Shown: positions 41,896 to 53,048, counted from the first letter of the stretch. The stretch: DNA of 64,000 bases from an uncultured delta proteobacterium (GCA_963755715.1 CAVWLW010000052.1:64001-128000), one strand, 5' to 3'. Notes: a model not told the origin generated them from the letters alone. Numbers and translations: made by a program.

Positions 41896-42325
41896 TCAAC
41901 ATGCGGTACGCAAGCGTAGCTTTCGTCGGCGCGCGCCGGAACGATATTTTTTCAAACGGAGCGTGGGCGAAGTGCTACTCCGGCTTTGAGTACTCCAACG
42001 ATTGAGGCCGCGGCGTAGGTAGTCGGCGTCGAGGCCCAGCGTCTCGCAGACGTTGCTAAAGGAAAAAATCCAATCTTCGCTGTCCGCGGCGCTGACCCAC
42101 TGTTGCGCCTCTTCAAAGCTTTTACGTTGGCGGTGCGAAGAGCGCAGCGGATCTCTCGCCAAGCACGAGACGGCGTCCTCGAGTAAGGCGGCCATCAGCC
42201 TGCGCTCCGGGTCGACGAAGCGGCTTGCGCTTGAGCGTGGCATAAAACTGGTCCGGCGCCAGCATATCGGGCTCGAAAAGCTTGATCGCATCCTGCGTCG
42301 TTACTAAGTTTGTCGCCGTTTTCAT
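41896..42325 (-). CDS. Conserved hypothetical protein, frameshift near 42225
   Basis: LFEPDMLAPDQF + PERRLMAALLEDAV...FSFSNVCETLGLDADYLRRGL; RBS GGAGG. Confidence 0.6.
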
Positions 42326-42444
42326 GACATCAGCCTCCGTCGCCGTTAACAGGATTCATACGAGCAGGATAAGCGGAAAATGATATATTGACAAATTCAT
42401 AATTTCTTATTGTTTCATAGATAAAATCGAACTATTATTCTCCC

Positions 42445-43344
42445 GTGGAATGGCTGAATTACCATCATCTGTTGTATTTCTGGACGGTGGCGCGGCTCGG
42501 CAGTGTTTCGCGCGCCGGTGAGGAGTTGCGCTTGACGCAGGCGACCGTGAGCGCGCAACTGAAGTCGCTGGAAACAGCGCTTGGCGAAAAGCTATTTCGC
42601 AAGGCCGGACGACATCTGGCGCTAACCGAAACCGGCAAAATCGTCTTTCGTTATGCCGATGAGATTTTTTCACTCGGCCGGGAAATGGTGGGCGCTCTTC
42701 AGGGCCGGCCGGAAGGGCATTTGGCGCGGGTGACCGTGGGCGTCGCTGACGTTCTGCCTAAATTGGTCGCCTATGAATTGATCGAGCCCGCGCTCAAGCT
42801 CAGAGATACTTATCGGGTGATTTGTCGCGAGGGAACGAACAAAGAGTTGTTGCCAGCTTTAGCGGTTCATGACATTGACGTGGTGCTGACCGATACGCCG
42901 ATCGACCCCTCGATCAATGTCAAAGGCTTCAGTCATTTGCTCGGCGAATGCGGCATGACACTCTTCGGTACGACGAAGTTAGCGGCGTCGATCCGGGGTA
43001 AGTTTCCTCAATGTTTGGATAGCGCTCCGTTTGTGCTGCCGACCCCTAACACCGCGGCGCGGCGCTCGCTCGACCAATGGTTCGAGCTCGAGAAAATTCG
43101 TCCCGTGATCGTCGCCGAATGTGAGGACAGCGCTTTGCTGCAGGTGTTTGGGCAGCGGGGCTTGGGCCTTTTCTTTGCGCCTTCCGTGGTCGGCGCAGAA
43201 ATCCAACGACAGAGTCACGTGAAAGCGATCGGGCGCGTGGAAGGCGTTCGCGAAAGATTCTTCGCCATTTCCCTGGACCGCAAGCTAAAGCACCCCGCTG
43301 TGGTCGCGATCTCGGAAGCCGCCAGAGCTAGATTATCGGACTAA
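42445..43344 (+). CDS. nhaR: LysR-family transcriptional activator, NhaR-like
   Basis: MEWLNYHHLLYFW start, TQATVSAQLKSLE HTH, ERFFAIS..RKLKHPAV. Confidence 0.82.
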   Translation: MEWLNYHHLLYFWTVARLGSVSRAGEELRLTQATVSAQLKSLETALGEKLFRKAGRHLALTETGKIVFRYADEIFSLGREMVGALQGRPEGHLARVTVGVADVLPKLVAYELIEPALKLRDTYRVICREGTNKELLPALAVHDIDVVLTDTPIDPSINVKGFSHLLGECGMTLFGTTKLAASIRGKFPQCLDSAPFVLPTPNTAARRSLDQWFELEKIRPVIVAECEDSALLQVFGQRGLGLFFAPSVVGAEIQRQSHVKAIGRVEGVRERFFAISLDRKLKHPAVVAISEAARARLSD

Positions 43345-43476
43345 TAACTGGTGTGGCGACTCCATTCGCATCCAAACGGGGGGTCAGTGAAGGGGCCGTT
43401 TCTTGGAAATCTTTGCCTGCTGTTATAGAGTCGGCGCAGTTAAATACCGCGATCAAGCTCGCACGAGGAGGCGTTC

Positions 43477-44511
43477 ATGGAAGTAAAGTCGACCAAAGAG
43501 CTTCATTCAGAGCTCGCAATGCACAGCGTCCGCTTTGCCAAGGATGAGCAAGGGCGGCGCAAGGGGCAGGACGTATTGTTCAAGTGGCCGGAGATCGAAA
43601 AGAAACTCGGCGAGCACAAGCATATTTACGTCGTCGATGCTCGGCTTGGTTCGAACAATCACACCCATCGCTTGTGGTACGACGTGATTCCGCCGCACAC
43701 CGAGGAAGGACAGGAATGGCGCACCCTCGGCCACCGCCATACCGTCGAGGCGATTATCTACTTTTTGAAAGGCCACGGTCATAGCATCATCGACGGCGAA
43801 CGCTACGATTGGGGGCCGGGAGATTTGCTGAGCGTGCCGATGTTTTCCTGGCACCGGCACATCAACGATGGCGACGAACCGGTGCTGCGCATCGCGTCGA
43901 CGACCGGGCCGTTGTCTCTGGCGTTGGGGCAAGCGGTTTACGAAGACGAGCGCTATCCCGAGTTTTGGATCTATGCGCAGGAAGGTGAGGATGCGCGCAA
44001 GACGCTGATCCCCGGAGGAGGCGGCAAGATTGATAACGGAAAGATCGCCGGCAGTCGCACGGCGGAAATGTACGCCGAGCAGGTGGCCTTTGCGATGCAC
44101 GAAGAGCAGCTCAGAAGAAAAAGCAAAGTGCTGGTGAAGCAGAAGGATCTGGTTTTCGAACCGACGGCGATGGGAAATCTCGCTTATGTTGTCGATCCGC
44201 GCATCGGCTGCCACAGTAAAGCGCTCGGCGTCGTTATGGCGGAAATCCCTCCGGGCAAGCGTTCCGGGGCGCATCGCCATCTTTACGACGAGATCGATCT
44301 TATTGTCAGCGGCAAGGGCAAGGTGATCGTCGAAGACAAGGAGTTCGACTTCGACACGCTCGACGTGCTCTCGATCCCTGTTTTTCAGTGGCATCAATAC
44401 TTCAATACCGGTAGCGAGCCGCTGCGGATTCTCGGCATTAACACCAGGTTGGCGATGGATAATTTGGGTTTATCTTTGACGCATCAGGGGGAGCATGCCG
44501 ACTACGTTTGA
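43477..44511 (+). CDS. Bicupin protein
   Basis: GHRHTVEA...WHRH and AHRHLYDE...WHQY; RBS GAGGAGG. Confidence 0.85.
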   Translation: MEVKSTKELHSELAMHSVRFAKDEQGRRKGQDVLFKWPEIEKKLGEHKHIYVVDARLGSNNHTHRLWYDVIPPHTEEGQEWRTLGHRHTVEAIIYFLKGHGHSIIDGERYDWGPGDLLSVPMFSWHRHINDGDEPVLRIASTTGPLSLALGQAVYEDERYPEFWIYAQEGEDARKTLIPGGGGKIDNGKIAGSRTAEMYAEQVAFAMHEEQLRRKSKVLVKQKDLVFEPTAMGNLAYVVDPRIGCHSKALGVVMAEIPPGKRSGAHRHLYDEIDLIVSGKGKVIVEDKEFDFDTLDVLSIPVFQWHQYFNTGSEPLRILGINTRLAMDNLGLSLTHQGEHADYV

Positions 44512-44529
44512 TTGAAGGATCGTGTGTCA

Positions 44530-45521
44530 TGGCACGCATCATTTCACTGCTGCTATTTTGGCTACTCATCTCGTCGCCCTATGTTTACAGCGCTGACTTG
44601 GAATCGGCGCGCAAAGAGGGCGAGGTCGTGCTTTACACGACTATGGTTGTTTCTGACTTCCAAGTGTTTCAAAAAGCCCTGGCAAAGAAATATCCCTTTC
44701 TCAAGATCAATCACGTTCGCCTCGGCGCCTCGACGTTGGTGGCGCGCGCCGTGGCCGAATTTCGCGCGGGAAAGCGTCTCACCGATGTTTACGGCGTTAC
44801 GCCGGATTCGATGAATTACATGCGCGAGCAAGGTATTTTGGCTCAGTACTCCAGCCCCGAAGCCAAGTTCATTCACAAGGGATTCATGGATCCGAAGGGA
44901 TTTTGGTCTGGCATCAACACCGACGTGCTGGTGACCGGCGTCAACACGGGGCAACTGAACCTCAAGCGAGCGCCGCGCAGCTACGTCGATTACCTCAAGC
45001 CGGAATTCAAAGACAAGATGGCCTTTCACATCGGCACCAATAATCCATTGATCGGTATGGCCGAGTTGCAGGGCGAAGACAAAGCTCTGACTTATATGCG
45101 GAGCTTCGCCAAGCAGGGATTGATTCAGCACAATGGCTACACCAAAATTTCTCAGCTATTGGCCGCCGGTGAGTTTCCTCTCGTTGCTTTTATGCAAGTG
45201 ACTAAGCTGGAAAAGATTCGGGAGCGCGGTGGTCCGGTGGATTGGCTTCCGCTTGATCCGTCGTTCGCGACGGTTTCTTCGGTGGCTGTATCGAAGAATG
45301 CGCCGCACCCAACCGCGGCGCGGCTGCTGGTCGATTTCTATCTATCGGAAGATGGCCAAAGGGCGCTGCGCGAGATCGACAAAATTCCCTTGCGTCGAGG
45401 AGTAGAGCCTGATTCGAAGCGAGTGGGCGAATTGATCGATCAAGCGCCGCACGTGATTAAATATGAAGGCGATGCCGGAAAGTATATCAAGCAGTTTAAT
45501 GAGATTTTTCTTGGGAGATGA
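44530..45521 (+). CDS. ABC Fe3+-class substrate-binding protein
   Basis: Signal peptide; ARKEGEVVLYT, KNAPHPTAARLLVDF. Confidence 0.85.
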
Positions 45522-45541
45522 TTCCCATCGAGTAAACCGCT

Positions 45542-46237
45542 GTGAACGTGCTTTTCGACCTTGATGGAACTCTAACTGATCCGCGGGAAGGAATCCTGGC
45601 GTGCTTCAAGCATGCGCTGGAAAAACTTCAAGTGGCTGCGCCGACTGACCGAGAGCTCGAGGGATTTATTGGACCACCGCTGTGGGAAAGCTTCTCGACG
45701 CTATGCGGCTCAAGCGACAAAGGCGTCGTCGAACAGGCGGTCGCGCTTTACCGTGAACGCTTCGCCACCAAAGGCATGTTTGAGAACCGCATATATTCTG
45801 GCATAGCCGATGCTCTCGCCAGCTTTCAACAGGCGAGAGTGCAGCTTTTCGTTGTGACCTCAAAAGCGCGCCTGTTCGCCGAGCCTATCGTGGAACACTT
45901 CGGTCTTAGAAGATTTTTTCTATCCGTGCATGGCAGCGAGCTTGACGGCAGCTATGCCGACAAGTCGGAATTGATCGCAAAAGTGTTGCGCTCGGAGTCG
46001 CTGACGCCTGATGAGACCGTCATGATCGGTGATCGCGCTCACGATGTCATTGGCGCAAAGGCAAACGGGATCTTTTCAGTCGGTGCGCTATGGGGTTTCG
46101 GTTCGCGAGACGAGCTGGTGTCGGCCGGTGCGGACCTGTTGTGTAAGACACCGAATATGCTCGTCGAAACTGTGCGTGTTTTCGGTAGGGCAGGAGTTTG
46201 CGTAGAGATCGTTCTTCCTATAGCCGAGGATAACGTA
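45542..46237 (+). CDS. HAD-superfamily phosphatase (5'-nucleotidase/Gph-like); runs in frame into next gene
   Basis: FDLDGTLTD, VTSK, MIGDRAHD motifs; no in-frame stop before 46238. Confidence 0.8.
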
Positions 46238-47389
46238 ATGGAAATCAAATTTGGTTTATTCAGCTGCGACTCCCACGCGCAACTCGACCGCGACGCATGG
46301 ACGAAACGGCTGTCGAAACAGAAGTGGGGCGATCGGATTCCACAGATCGTCGAGGTCAATGAGAACGGCCAAACCGTCGACCGCTGGATGGTGAATGGCA
46401 AGGTGCGTAGCGAGTGGGTGTGTAACTGCCCCGCGGCAATGGAGGGCGGCGTCGAGCGCGGTTACTATCCGCGCCGCTGGGAAGAAGTGCCGAAGATCGT
46501 CTACGATCCGGCCGAGCGATTGAAAGCCCTGGATGACGATCGAGTCGACGGTGAAGTACTCTATCCGAATGGCCCCGTTGCCAATTTTGCCTTTCTGCAG
46601 GCTGACGCCGCTTTCGAGCTTGCGTGCGTGCAAGCCTACAATGACGCGCTGGCGGAATGGCGCGAAGTGAGCGATCGATATGTGCCGGTCGCAATTATCC
46701 CGTATATGAGTGAAATCGACGTCGTCGTCGCCGAGGTCGAGCGTTGCGTGAAGCGCGGCCATCGCGGCGTCGTCATGCTGGCCGAGCCGGCGTTTACGAA
46801 AAAAGGCCTCAAGCGGATGAATGATCCTTTCTGGGAACCGCTCTGGGCTTCCTGCCAGGAGTTGGGAGTTCCCATGCACTGGCACGGCTCGTCGGGTTTA
46901 GTCCAGCAGTTATCCCTACCAAAATGGGACGGATTCAGCCGGAAGGAATTTCATACTGTTTCAACCTCGCGGCTCTGCGCGACACCGGCACAACTGATCC
47001 CCAATCTGATCTTCTCCGGCATTCTCGACCGCTATCCGCGGCTCAAATGGGCGTGCGCCGAAACCGGCTTCGGCTGGGTGAGCTACGTGCTTGAATCCTG
47101 CGATCACGAGTGGCAGCAGCGGCGTCTATGGAATGAAGGCGTTCGCACCAGACCGAGCGAAGTTTTTCGGCGGCAGATTTACGTGGATTTCTGGTACGAG
47201 AAGGCAGGTATCGAGCTGCGCGAGCTGGTCGGCGTCGACAATATCATGTGGGAATCCGATTATCCGCACATCGCGTCGACCTATCCGAGATCCTGGAGTT
47301 TCGTCGAAGCGTCGCTCGGGGGTGTGCCGGAGGAAGAACGAAAGAAAATGTGTTATGGCAACGCGCTCAGGCTGTACGGCGTGGCATAG
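46238..47389 (+). CDS. Amidohydrolase family protein
   Basis: SCDSH, HWHG, AETG, WESDYPH; own RBS GAGGA before ATG 46238. Confidence 0.87.
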   Translation: MEIKFGLFSCDSHAQLDRDAWTKRLSKQKWGDRIPQIVEVNENGQTVDRWMVNGKVRSEWVCNCPAAMEGGVERGYYPRRWEEVPKIVYDPAERLKALDDDRVDGEVLYPNGPVANFAFLQADAAFELACVQAYNDALAEWREVSDRYVPVAIIPYMSEIDVVVAEVERCVKRGHRGVVMLAEPAFTKKGLKRMNDPFWEPLWASCQELGVPMHWHGSSGLVQQLSLPKWDGFSRKEFHTVSTSRLCATPAQLIPNLIFSGILDRYPRLKWACAETGFGWVSYVLESCDHEWQQRRLWNEGVRTRPSEVFRRQIYVDFWYEKAGIELRELVGVDNIMWESDYPHIASTYPRSWSFVEASLGGVPEEERKKMCYGNALRLYGVA

Positions 47390-47489
47390 TTTCCGAACCC
47401 AGTGAGGATCATCTCAAACGAAGTGAGAGAGCTTTTTATAAAGGTAGATTTTTCGACTTCGCCTCGAAATCGCGGGCGATGGTAACAAT

Positions 47490-48638
47490 ATGACGGTGAA
47501 CAATTTCTTTATTAGCGTCGACGATCATGTCCAGGAACATCCGGAGGTTTGGACCCAGCGGCTCTCTCGGTCGAAGTGGGGCGATCGCATTCCCCACCTC
47601 GCAAAGAATTCAGACGGCGTCGAGCGGTGGGTCGTCGACGGTCGTGAGATTCCTTTAGCTGGAGTTGCCGATTGTGGCGCGGCGATGCCGGACCGAACTG
47701 TCAATCCGCAGTGCTGGGCCGACGTTCCGACCTCTATTTATGATCCAAAGGAACGATTGAAAGTGATGGATGAGGCGGGAATTGATTACGCCGTGCTTTA
47801 TCCGACAGTGGCGGGCTCGGGCGGCCAGAATTTCGGTCGCATCGAGGATGCCGAGCTAGAGCTCGCCTGCGTGCAAGCCTACAATGACTGGCTGCTGGAA
47901 GAGTGGGCGAGCGTGAGCGATCGTTTCATTCCGCAGTGCATTACACCGTTGTTTCCCGTCGATACCGCGGTGAAGGAAATTCGTCGCGCCGTGAAGAACG
48001 GTCATAGAGGTGTGATTTATCCTTCGGTGCCGATGGAATTGCGCGACGTCCCGCATATCAACGATTCTATTTACGACCCGCTATGGGCGACTTGCCAGGA
48101 GCTGGCTGTGCCGATCTGTTTTCATGCCGGCGCATCTTCGGCGATCCAAATTCCCGCATATGAAGGATATTCGCCGACGATCGCTGCTGCGTTTCAGGCG
48201 ATCACGCGCCCCGCGAGTACGGTATCGGTCTTGGTGAATCTGCTGATTTCAAAAATTCTCATGCGTTTCCCGAATCTCAAAGTCGTGCTTGCGGAGAGCG
48301 GCCTGGGTTGGGGAGCGTATCTCTTGGAGTACACGGACTTTCAGGCGACGGGCGATCAGTTGCCGCAGAATGGTTATGATCTCATGCCGTCCGAAATGTT
48401 CAAGCGACAGTGCTATTTGGTTGGATGGTACGATCAAGCGAGTTTGCGCGTGCGGAATTATATCGGCACTGAAAACATTCTTTGGTCGACGCAATTTCCG
48501 TCGGCCACCTCGACTTGGCCGGACACCCAAGAGGCTCTGGCCAAGAGCTTCGACGGGGTCGACATCAACGATCGGCAAAAAATACTTTGGGAGAATGCGG
48601 CGAAGCTGTACAAGATTCCCGTGATTCGAAAGAATTGA
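47490..48638 (+). CDS. Amidohydrolase family protein (atypical WSTQFPS motif)
   Basis: SVDDH, FHAG, AESG, ENAAKLY; paralog of 46238. Confidence 0.85.
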   Translation: MTVNNFFISVDDHVQEHPEVWTQRLSRSKWGDRIPHLAKNSDGVERWVVDGREIPLAGVADCGAAMPDRTVNPQCWADVPTSIYDPKERLKVMDEAGIDYAVLYPTVAGSGGQNFGRIEDAELELACVQAYNDWLLEEWASVSDRFIPQCITPLFPVDTAVKEIRRAVKNGHRGVIYPSVPMELRDVPHINDSIYDPLWATCQELAVPICFHAGASSAIQIPAYEGYSPTIAAAFQAITRPASTVSVLVNLLISKILMRFPNLKVVLAESGLGWGAYLLEYTDFQATGDQLPQNGYDLMPSEMFKRQCYLVGWYDQASLRVRNYIGTENILWSTQFPSATSTWPDTQEALAKSFDGVDINDRQKILWENAAKLYKIPVIRKN

Positions 48639-48690
48639 CGAAGCGGTGTGACTGAAAGAAATGTCGCAGCGCGGAAGCGAGGAAAACATC

Positions 48691-49371
48691 ATGTCCCATT
48701 GGCCAAAAATTCGTCCGACTATCGATGAAATGGTCAACCGACAATTCGATACCGCGGAATTCAAAAAGCTCTTCGCCGTGCGGTTGACGCCGCGACGGAT
48801 CGAAGTTTATCAGAATCACATGACCTTTTACGCCAACAACCGGCGCGACTGCTGGTCTTTTGTCGCGGGCAAAGCCCCGCTCGACGTCAAGCGGGCGATT
48901 TGGCAGCATGAAAAGGACGAGTTAATCCATGACGATCGGATGGGGCGCGCGCACGTGACGGAACAGGACCTGCAGGCGGGCGATGAATCTTTGCTCGCGC
49001 CGGGTGCGAAGGCGGCCTTTTACGCCTGGCTTTACTGCGCGCGCGAGAAGCCGTGGCTCGAAGGTCTGGTTTACTCGCATATTCTCGAACGCCGCAACAA
49101 TAGCGCGATTGTCAAAGGCGGCGGTTTGGTCGAACGTTGGAAGCGTAAGCAAAGAGCCGAGCTTGGCACCAAGGAGGCCGAGAAGGATTTCCAGACCGAA
49201 GTGCATGCGGTCGCTGACGAAGATCACTCGGATATCTTCGAGCCGATCTTTACGCGCTACGTTGACAGCGAAACGGCTGCGCAAGCCATGCTCGCGGCGA
49301 CGCGCGATGGATTATTGATCGACCGCGCTCTGCGCGGGGCGTTGGCGGACGCAATGGCGGCTGTAGAGTGA
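48691..49371 (+). CDS. Heme-oxygenase-like (iron-containing redox) protein
   Basis: HEKDEL..RAH, LERRNN, VHAVADEDH motifs. Start 48661 or 48691. Confidence 0.65.
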   Translation: MSHWPKIRPTIDEMVNRQFDTAEFKKLFAVRLTPRRIEVYQNHMTFYANNRRDCWSFVAGKAPLDVKRAIWQHEKDELIHDDRMGRAHVTEQDLQAGDESLLAPGAKAAFYAWLYCAREKPWLEGLVYSHILERRNNSAIVKGGGLVERWKRKQRAELGTKEAEKDFQTEVHAVADEDHSDIFEPIFTRYVDSETAAQAMLAATRDGLLIDRALRGALADAMAAVE

Positions 49372-49454
49372 CGGTTTGATCGAGGAATGATTGGATTAAA
49401 CGATGCTATCTAACATAGTCAAATGTTCCAAAAAATAAAACGGAGGTAATAATC

Positions 49455-50546
49455 ATGGCTAATACACCAGTCACCGCTGAGGACGAAGTCAAAGAACGGG
49501 TCGGCTACAAGTCGCCGTACGAGCAGTGGAAAGAGTCGGAAGGCTTGCAAACTTATCGCGGCTTGTTCGTCAAGAATCTCTACGAGCTCGAGCTGAGTCC
49601 ATGGAAATCGAGCGGCGACGGCTTGGCGGCGTTTCTGAATCTGGAAGGCACCGGCGGATTCAACGACTCCTACGTCGCGGAAATCCCGCCGGGCAAGTCG
49701 CTCAAAGCGCATCGACATTTGTTCGAAGAGACCATTTATATTCTCAAAGGCCAGGGCGCCACTTCGGTTTGGATCGATCCTAATCGAAAGGAAACTTTCG
49801 AGTGGCAAGAGGGAAGTTACTTTTCGATTCCTATGAATGCCTGGCATGAGCATCATAATGCTTCGGGTTTGGACTCGGCGCGCTACATCGCCATGACCAG
49901 TGCGCCGCGGGTGATCGATACGTTCAACAATTATGAATTTGTCTTTGAAAACCCGTTCCTGTTTCGCGACCGTTACAACGCGGAGGAAGGTTACTTCAAA
50001 CAAAAAGCGCCGTCGCAGCAATGGTCAACCAACTTCGTCGCCGATGTGCGCGTGTGCCAAACTTATTCCGGCGGCTTCGACCGCGGCGGCGGCGCGAAGA
50101 GCACGGTCTTTCGCATGGTCAACCAGACCGTCAAGTCGCATGTGTCGCTGTGGGGCGTCGGCGCCTACAAGAAAGCGCACCGACACGGGCCCGGCATTCA
50201 CGTCTTGATCATTCGCGGCACCGGCTACTCGCTGATGTGGCAGGATGGCAAACGCGAGGAGCGGATCGAGTGGGGACCGGGCAGCGTGTTCGTGCCGCCA
50301 GAAATGTGGTTTCATCAACATTTCAACGGTAGCGCCGAGCCGGTGTTTTTTCTCGCCATCGGCTGGGGCAGCGACAAGCCGAAAGCGGGCGGCAAGGCGT
50401 ATGTCTACAAGAGCGTGAAAGAGGGCGGCGATCAGATCGAATATGAAGACGAAGATCCGAAAATTCACGCCGAGTTCGAAGTCGCGATGAAAAACGCCGG
50501 CGCACGCTGCAAGATGGATTATCATCCGCACTGCACGATGAAGTGA
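49455..50546 (+). CDS. Bicupin protein (paralog of 20250)
   Basis: HRHLFEE...WHEH and KAHRHGPG...WFHQHF; RBS GGAGG. Confidence 0.86.
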   Translation: MANTPVTAEDEVKERVGYKSPYEQWKESEGLQTYRGLFVKNLYELELSPWKSSGDGLAAFLNLEGTGGFNDSYVAEIPPGKSLKAHRHLFEETIYILKGQGATSVWIDPNRKETFEWQEGSYFSIPMNAWHEHHNASGLDSARYIAMTSAPRVIDTFNNYEFVFENPFLFRDRYNAEEGYFKQKAPSQQWSTNFVADVRVCQTYSGGFDRGGGAKSTVFRMVNQTVKSHVSLWGVGAYKKAHRHGPGIHVLIIRGTGYSLMWQDGKREERIEWGPGSVFVPPEMWFHQHFNGSAEPVFFLAIGWGSDKPKAGGKAYVYKSVKEGGDQIEYEDEDPKIHAEFEVAMKNAGARCKMDYHPHCTMK

Positions 50547-50579
50547 GTTCGGCCGACGATCGAAGATCGAGGATGAAAA

Positions 50580-51662
50580 ATGGCGGCTAGGAAACTCCTG
50601 GCGAGCTTGGTCACGGTGTTGATCGTTACGTGTGCGATGTTCTCAACCGCGCAATGCGCGTCGGTCGAAGCGCTTTACAACGAGATCAACAAGCTGCCGG
50701 CGCAGCAACGCCAGAAGCGGCTCGAAGACGGCGCGCGCAAAGAAGGCGCATTTAAGTTTTACGGCATCTCCGCCGCTTCGTTGCTGAGCGCCTACACCGT
50801 TGGATTCATGAAAAAGTATCCGTTCATCAAAGCCGAATTCTGGCGCGGCAGCGGCAACAAGCTGGTCTTTCGCACGCTGACCGAGCATCGCACAGGCCAG
50901 TTGGATACGGATGCGGTTTTGGTCGGCACCGAAAACGTCATGACGCTTAAACGCTCGGGCATCTGGGCGCGCTATTATTCGCCCGAATCGCCGAATTTCG
51001 GAAAAGAATATACCGACAAGGACGGCTACTGGCATGCGGACAGTTTGGGCATCTCGACGATCGCATACAATACCAAGCTGGTAAGAAAAGAAGACGCGCC
51101 CAAGGGTTACGACGATCTTTTCGATCCGAAGTGGAAAGGCAGTCTTTCCATCGATATGGAGCCCGAGCGGGCGTTGATGGGCTGGTTGACCGCCTGGGGG
51201 GAACAAAAGACCCGAGCTTTCGTCGACGGGTTGATGAAAAATGGGGCTATCGTGCGCCGCGGCCATACTTTACAAGCGCAACTTTTGTGTGCCGGCGAGT
51301 TCAAAGTTGGCGTGGAGATTTATCCCGACGGAATGTTGCGAATGAAACAGGACGGTTGCCCGGCGGCGATCGTTTTCCCCAATCCGACGCCGGCGCATAT
51401 CAGCGGCGCCATCGGCATCTACACCAATACGCCGCACCCCCACGCCGCTGCGTTGTTCATCGATTTCATGAAATCGGCGGAGGGCGCAAAAATTCTTGCG
51501 GCAACCGGCCGAGTCTCTGGACGAAAAGGTGTCAGATCGGTCTACGACGAACTGTCCAATCTTGAAGAACGAGGAATACCGCTCCTCATCGTCGGTCCAG
51601 ACCAGTCGGAGCAAGTGGCCAAACCGATGGAAAAAATCATGAAAGAGATGTTGGTTCCCTAG
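50580..51662 (+). CDS. ABC Fe3+-class substrate-binding protein
   Basis: Signal peptide; ARKEG, DKDGYW, PKWKG, PHPHAAALFIDF. Confidence 0.86.
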   Translation: MAARKLLASLVTVLIVTCAMFSTAQCASVEALYNEINKLPAQQRQKRLEDGARKEGAFKFYGISAASLLSAYTVGFMKKYPFIKAEFWRGSGNKLVFRTLTEHRTGQLDTDAVLVGTENVMTLKRSGIWARYYSPESPNFGKEYTDKDGYWHADSLGISTIAYNTKLVRKEDAPKGYDDLFDPKWKGSLSIDMEPERALMGWLTAWGEQKTRAFVDGLMKNGAIVRRGHTLQAQLLCAGEFKVGVEIYPDGMLRMKQDGCPAAIVFPNPTPAHISGAIGIYTNTPHPHAAALFIDFMKSAEGAKILAATGRVSGRKGVRSVYDELSNLEERGIPLLIVGPDQSEQVAKPMEKIMKEMLVP

Positions 51663-51782
51663 ACGGAGGTCGCCGATCGCGTCGAGATGCGGAGCGCGAC
51701 GATCTTGCTGACGCTTCCTGCCGTTAGAAAATCAATTGCAGATAGAGCATCCCTGCACGAGTCGTAAGGAGGATCGAGAGTA

Positions 51783-52947
51783 ATGTCTCGTCAATACCGG
51801 CATTTTTCAGCCGATAGCCACTTTGAATGCCTGCCGGAAACTTGGACCCATCGGGTGCCGGCGAAGTTTCGCGACCGGGCGCCGCGCCGCATCAAGCTTG
51901 CCGACGGCCGGGACGCGATTGTCGAGGAAGGCCAGCCGCTGGAATATCGCGGCACCAATTTGTTCGCGGGAAAATCTCTGGAAGAATTTAATCCGGTTCA
52001 TTTGAACTTCGAAGGATCGGTCGGTGCCGGCTCGCCGCAACAAAGGCTCAAAGAACAAGATGCCGACGGCATCGACGGCGAGCTTTTGTTCGCTACCGAG
52101 GCGCGCAACACCAAGATCAAGGACAAGGACGCATTGCTCGCGCTCATAAAGGCGTTCAACGATTACTTCATAGAGGAATATTGCGCCGTTGACCCCGATC
52201 GCCTGGTCGGCGTCGCGGTGATGCCGGATATCGGCGCCGATGAGAACATCGCCGAGATGCAACGGTGCAAGGAAAAAGGTTTCAAGGCGGTGCGGCTGCA
52301 GACGTTTCCGAGCGGCAAAAGCACGCCGACGCCGGAGGACGATAAGTTTTATGCGGCTGCTTTAGACCTGAACATGCCGATCACGATCCATACGTCGTTT
52401 CCCCGCCGCACGGACGAGCGCGATGTGTATCTGATGAAGTATCCCAAGGACCCGCAGGGCGAGGATCGGCCGTTCGATTTTCTCCAGCGCTTCGCGCGCC
52501 AGGGGATTTACCACTGTGGCGCAGTGGAAGCCACGCAATTGATTTTCACCGGCGTGTTCGACCGCTTCCCGAAGCTGCAAATTTTCTGGGCGGAAAATAA
52601 CATCGGCTGGATTCCTTATTTCTATCAGCAGATGGATCAGACTTATAAAGTTAATTGCTCATGGGCGGAGCGGCTTTTGGGTCTGCCGAAATTGAAAAAA
52701 CTCCCAAGCGAGTATCTGCGCGAGCACGCCGCACTGGGGCGTCTTCGACGACCCGATCGGGATCCAACTGCGCCATATGGTCGGAGTCGACAAAATCATG
52801 TGGTCGACCGATTTCCCGCACATCGTCACGCGCTGGCCGAAATCATTGGAATTGGTAGAAGAACAATTTGCCGGCGTGCCGGAGAATGAAAAGCAGGCGA
52901 TGCTCGCGGGCAACGCCGTGAAGTTTTTTCATCTGAACGCAGCGTAG
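51783..52947 (+). CDS. Amidohydrolase family protein, frameshift near 52730
   Basis: SADSH, TIH, AENNIGW; shifted frame gives WSTDFPH...GNAVKFF. Confidence 0.85.
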
Positions 52948-53048
52948 TCACCAGGACAGACCCGGATTAATAGCTGCAAGACCGCAAAGGTCGCAGAACG
53001 TAGGGCGTAATGCATTACGTCCGTCTTTCAGGTAGATACTCTTCACGA

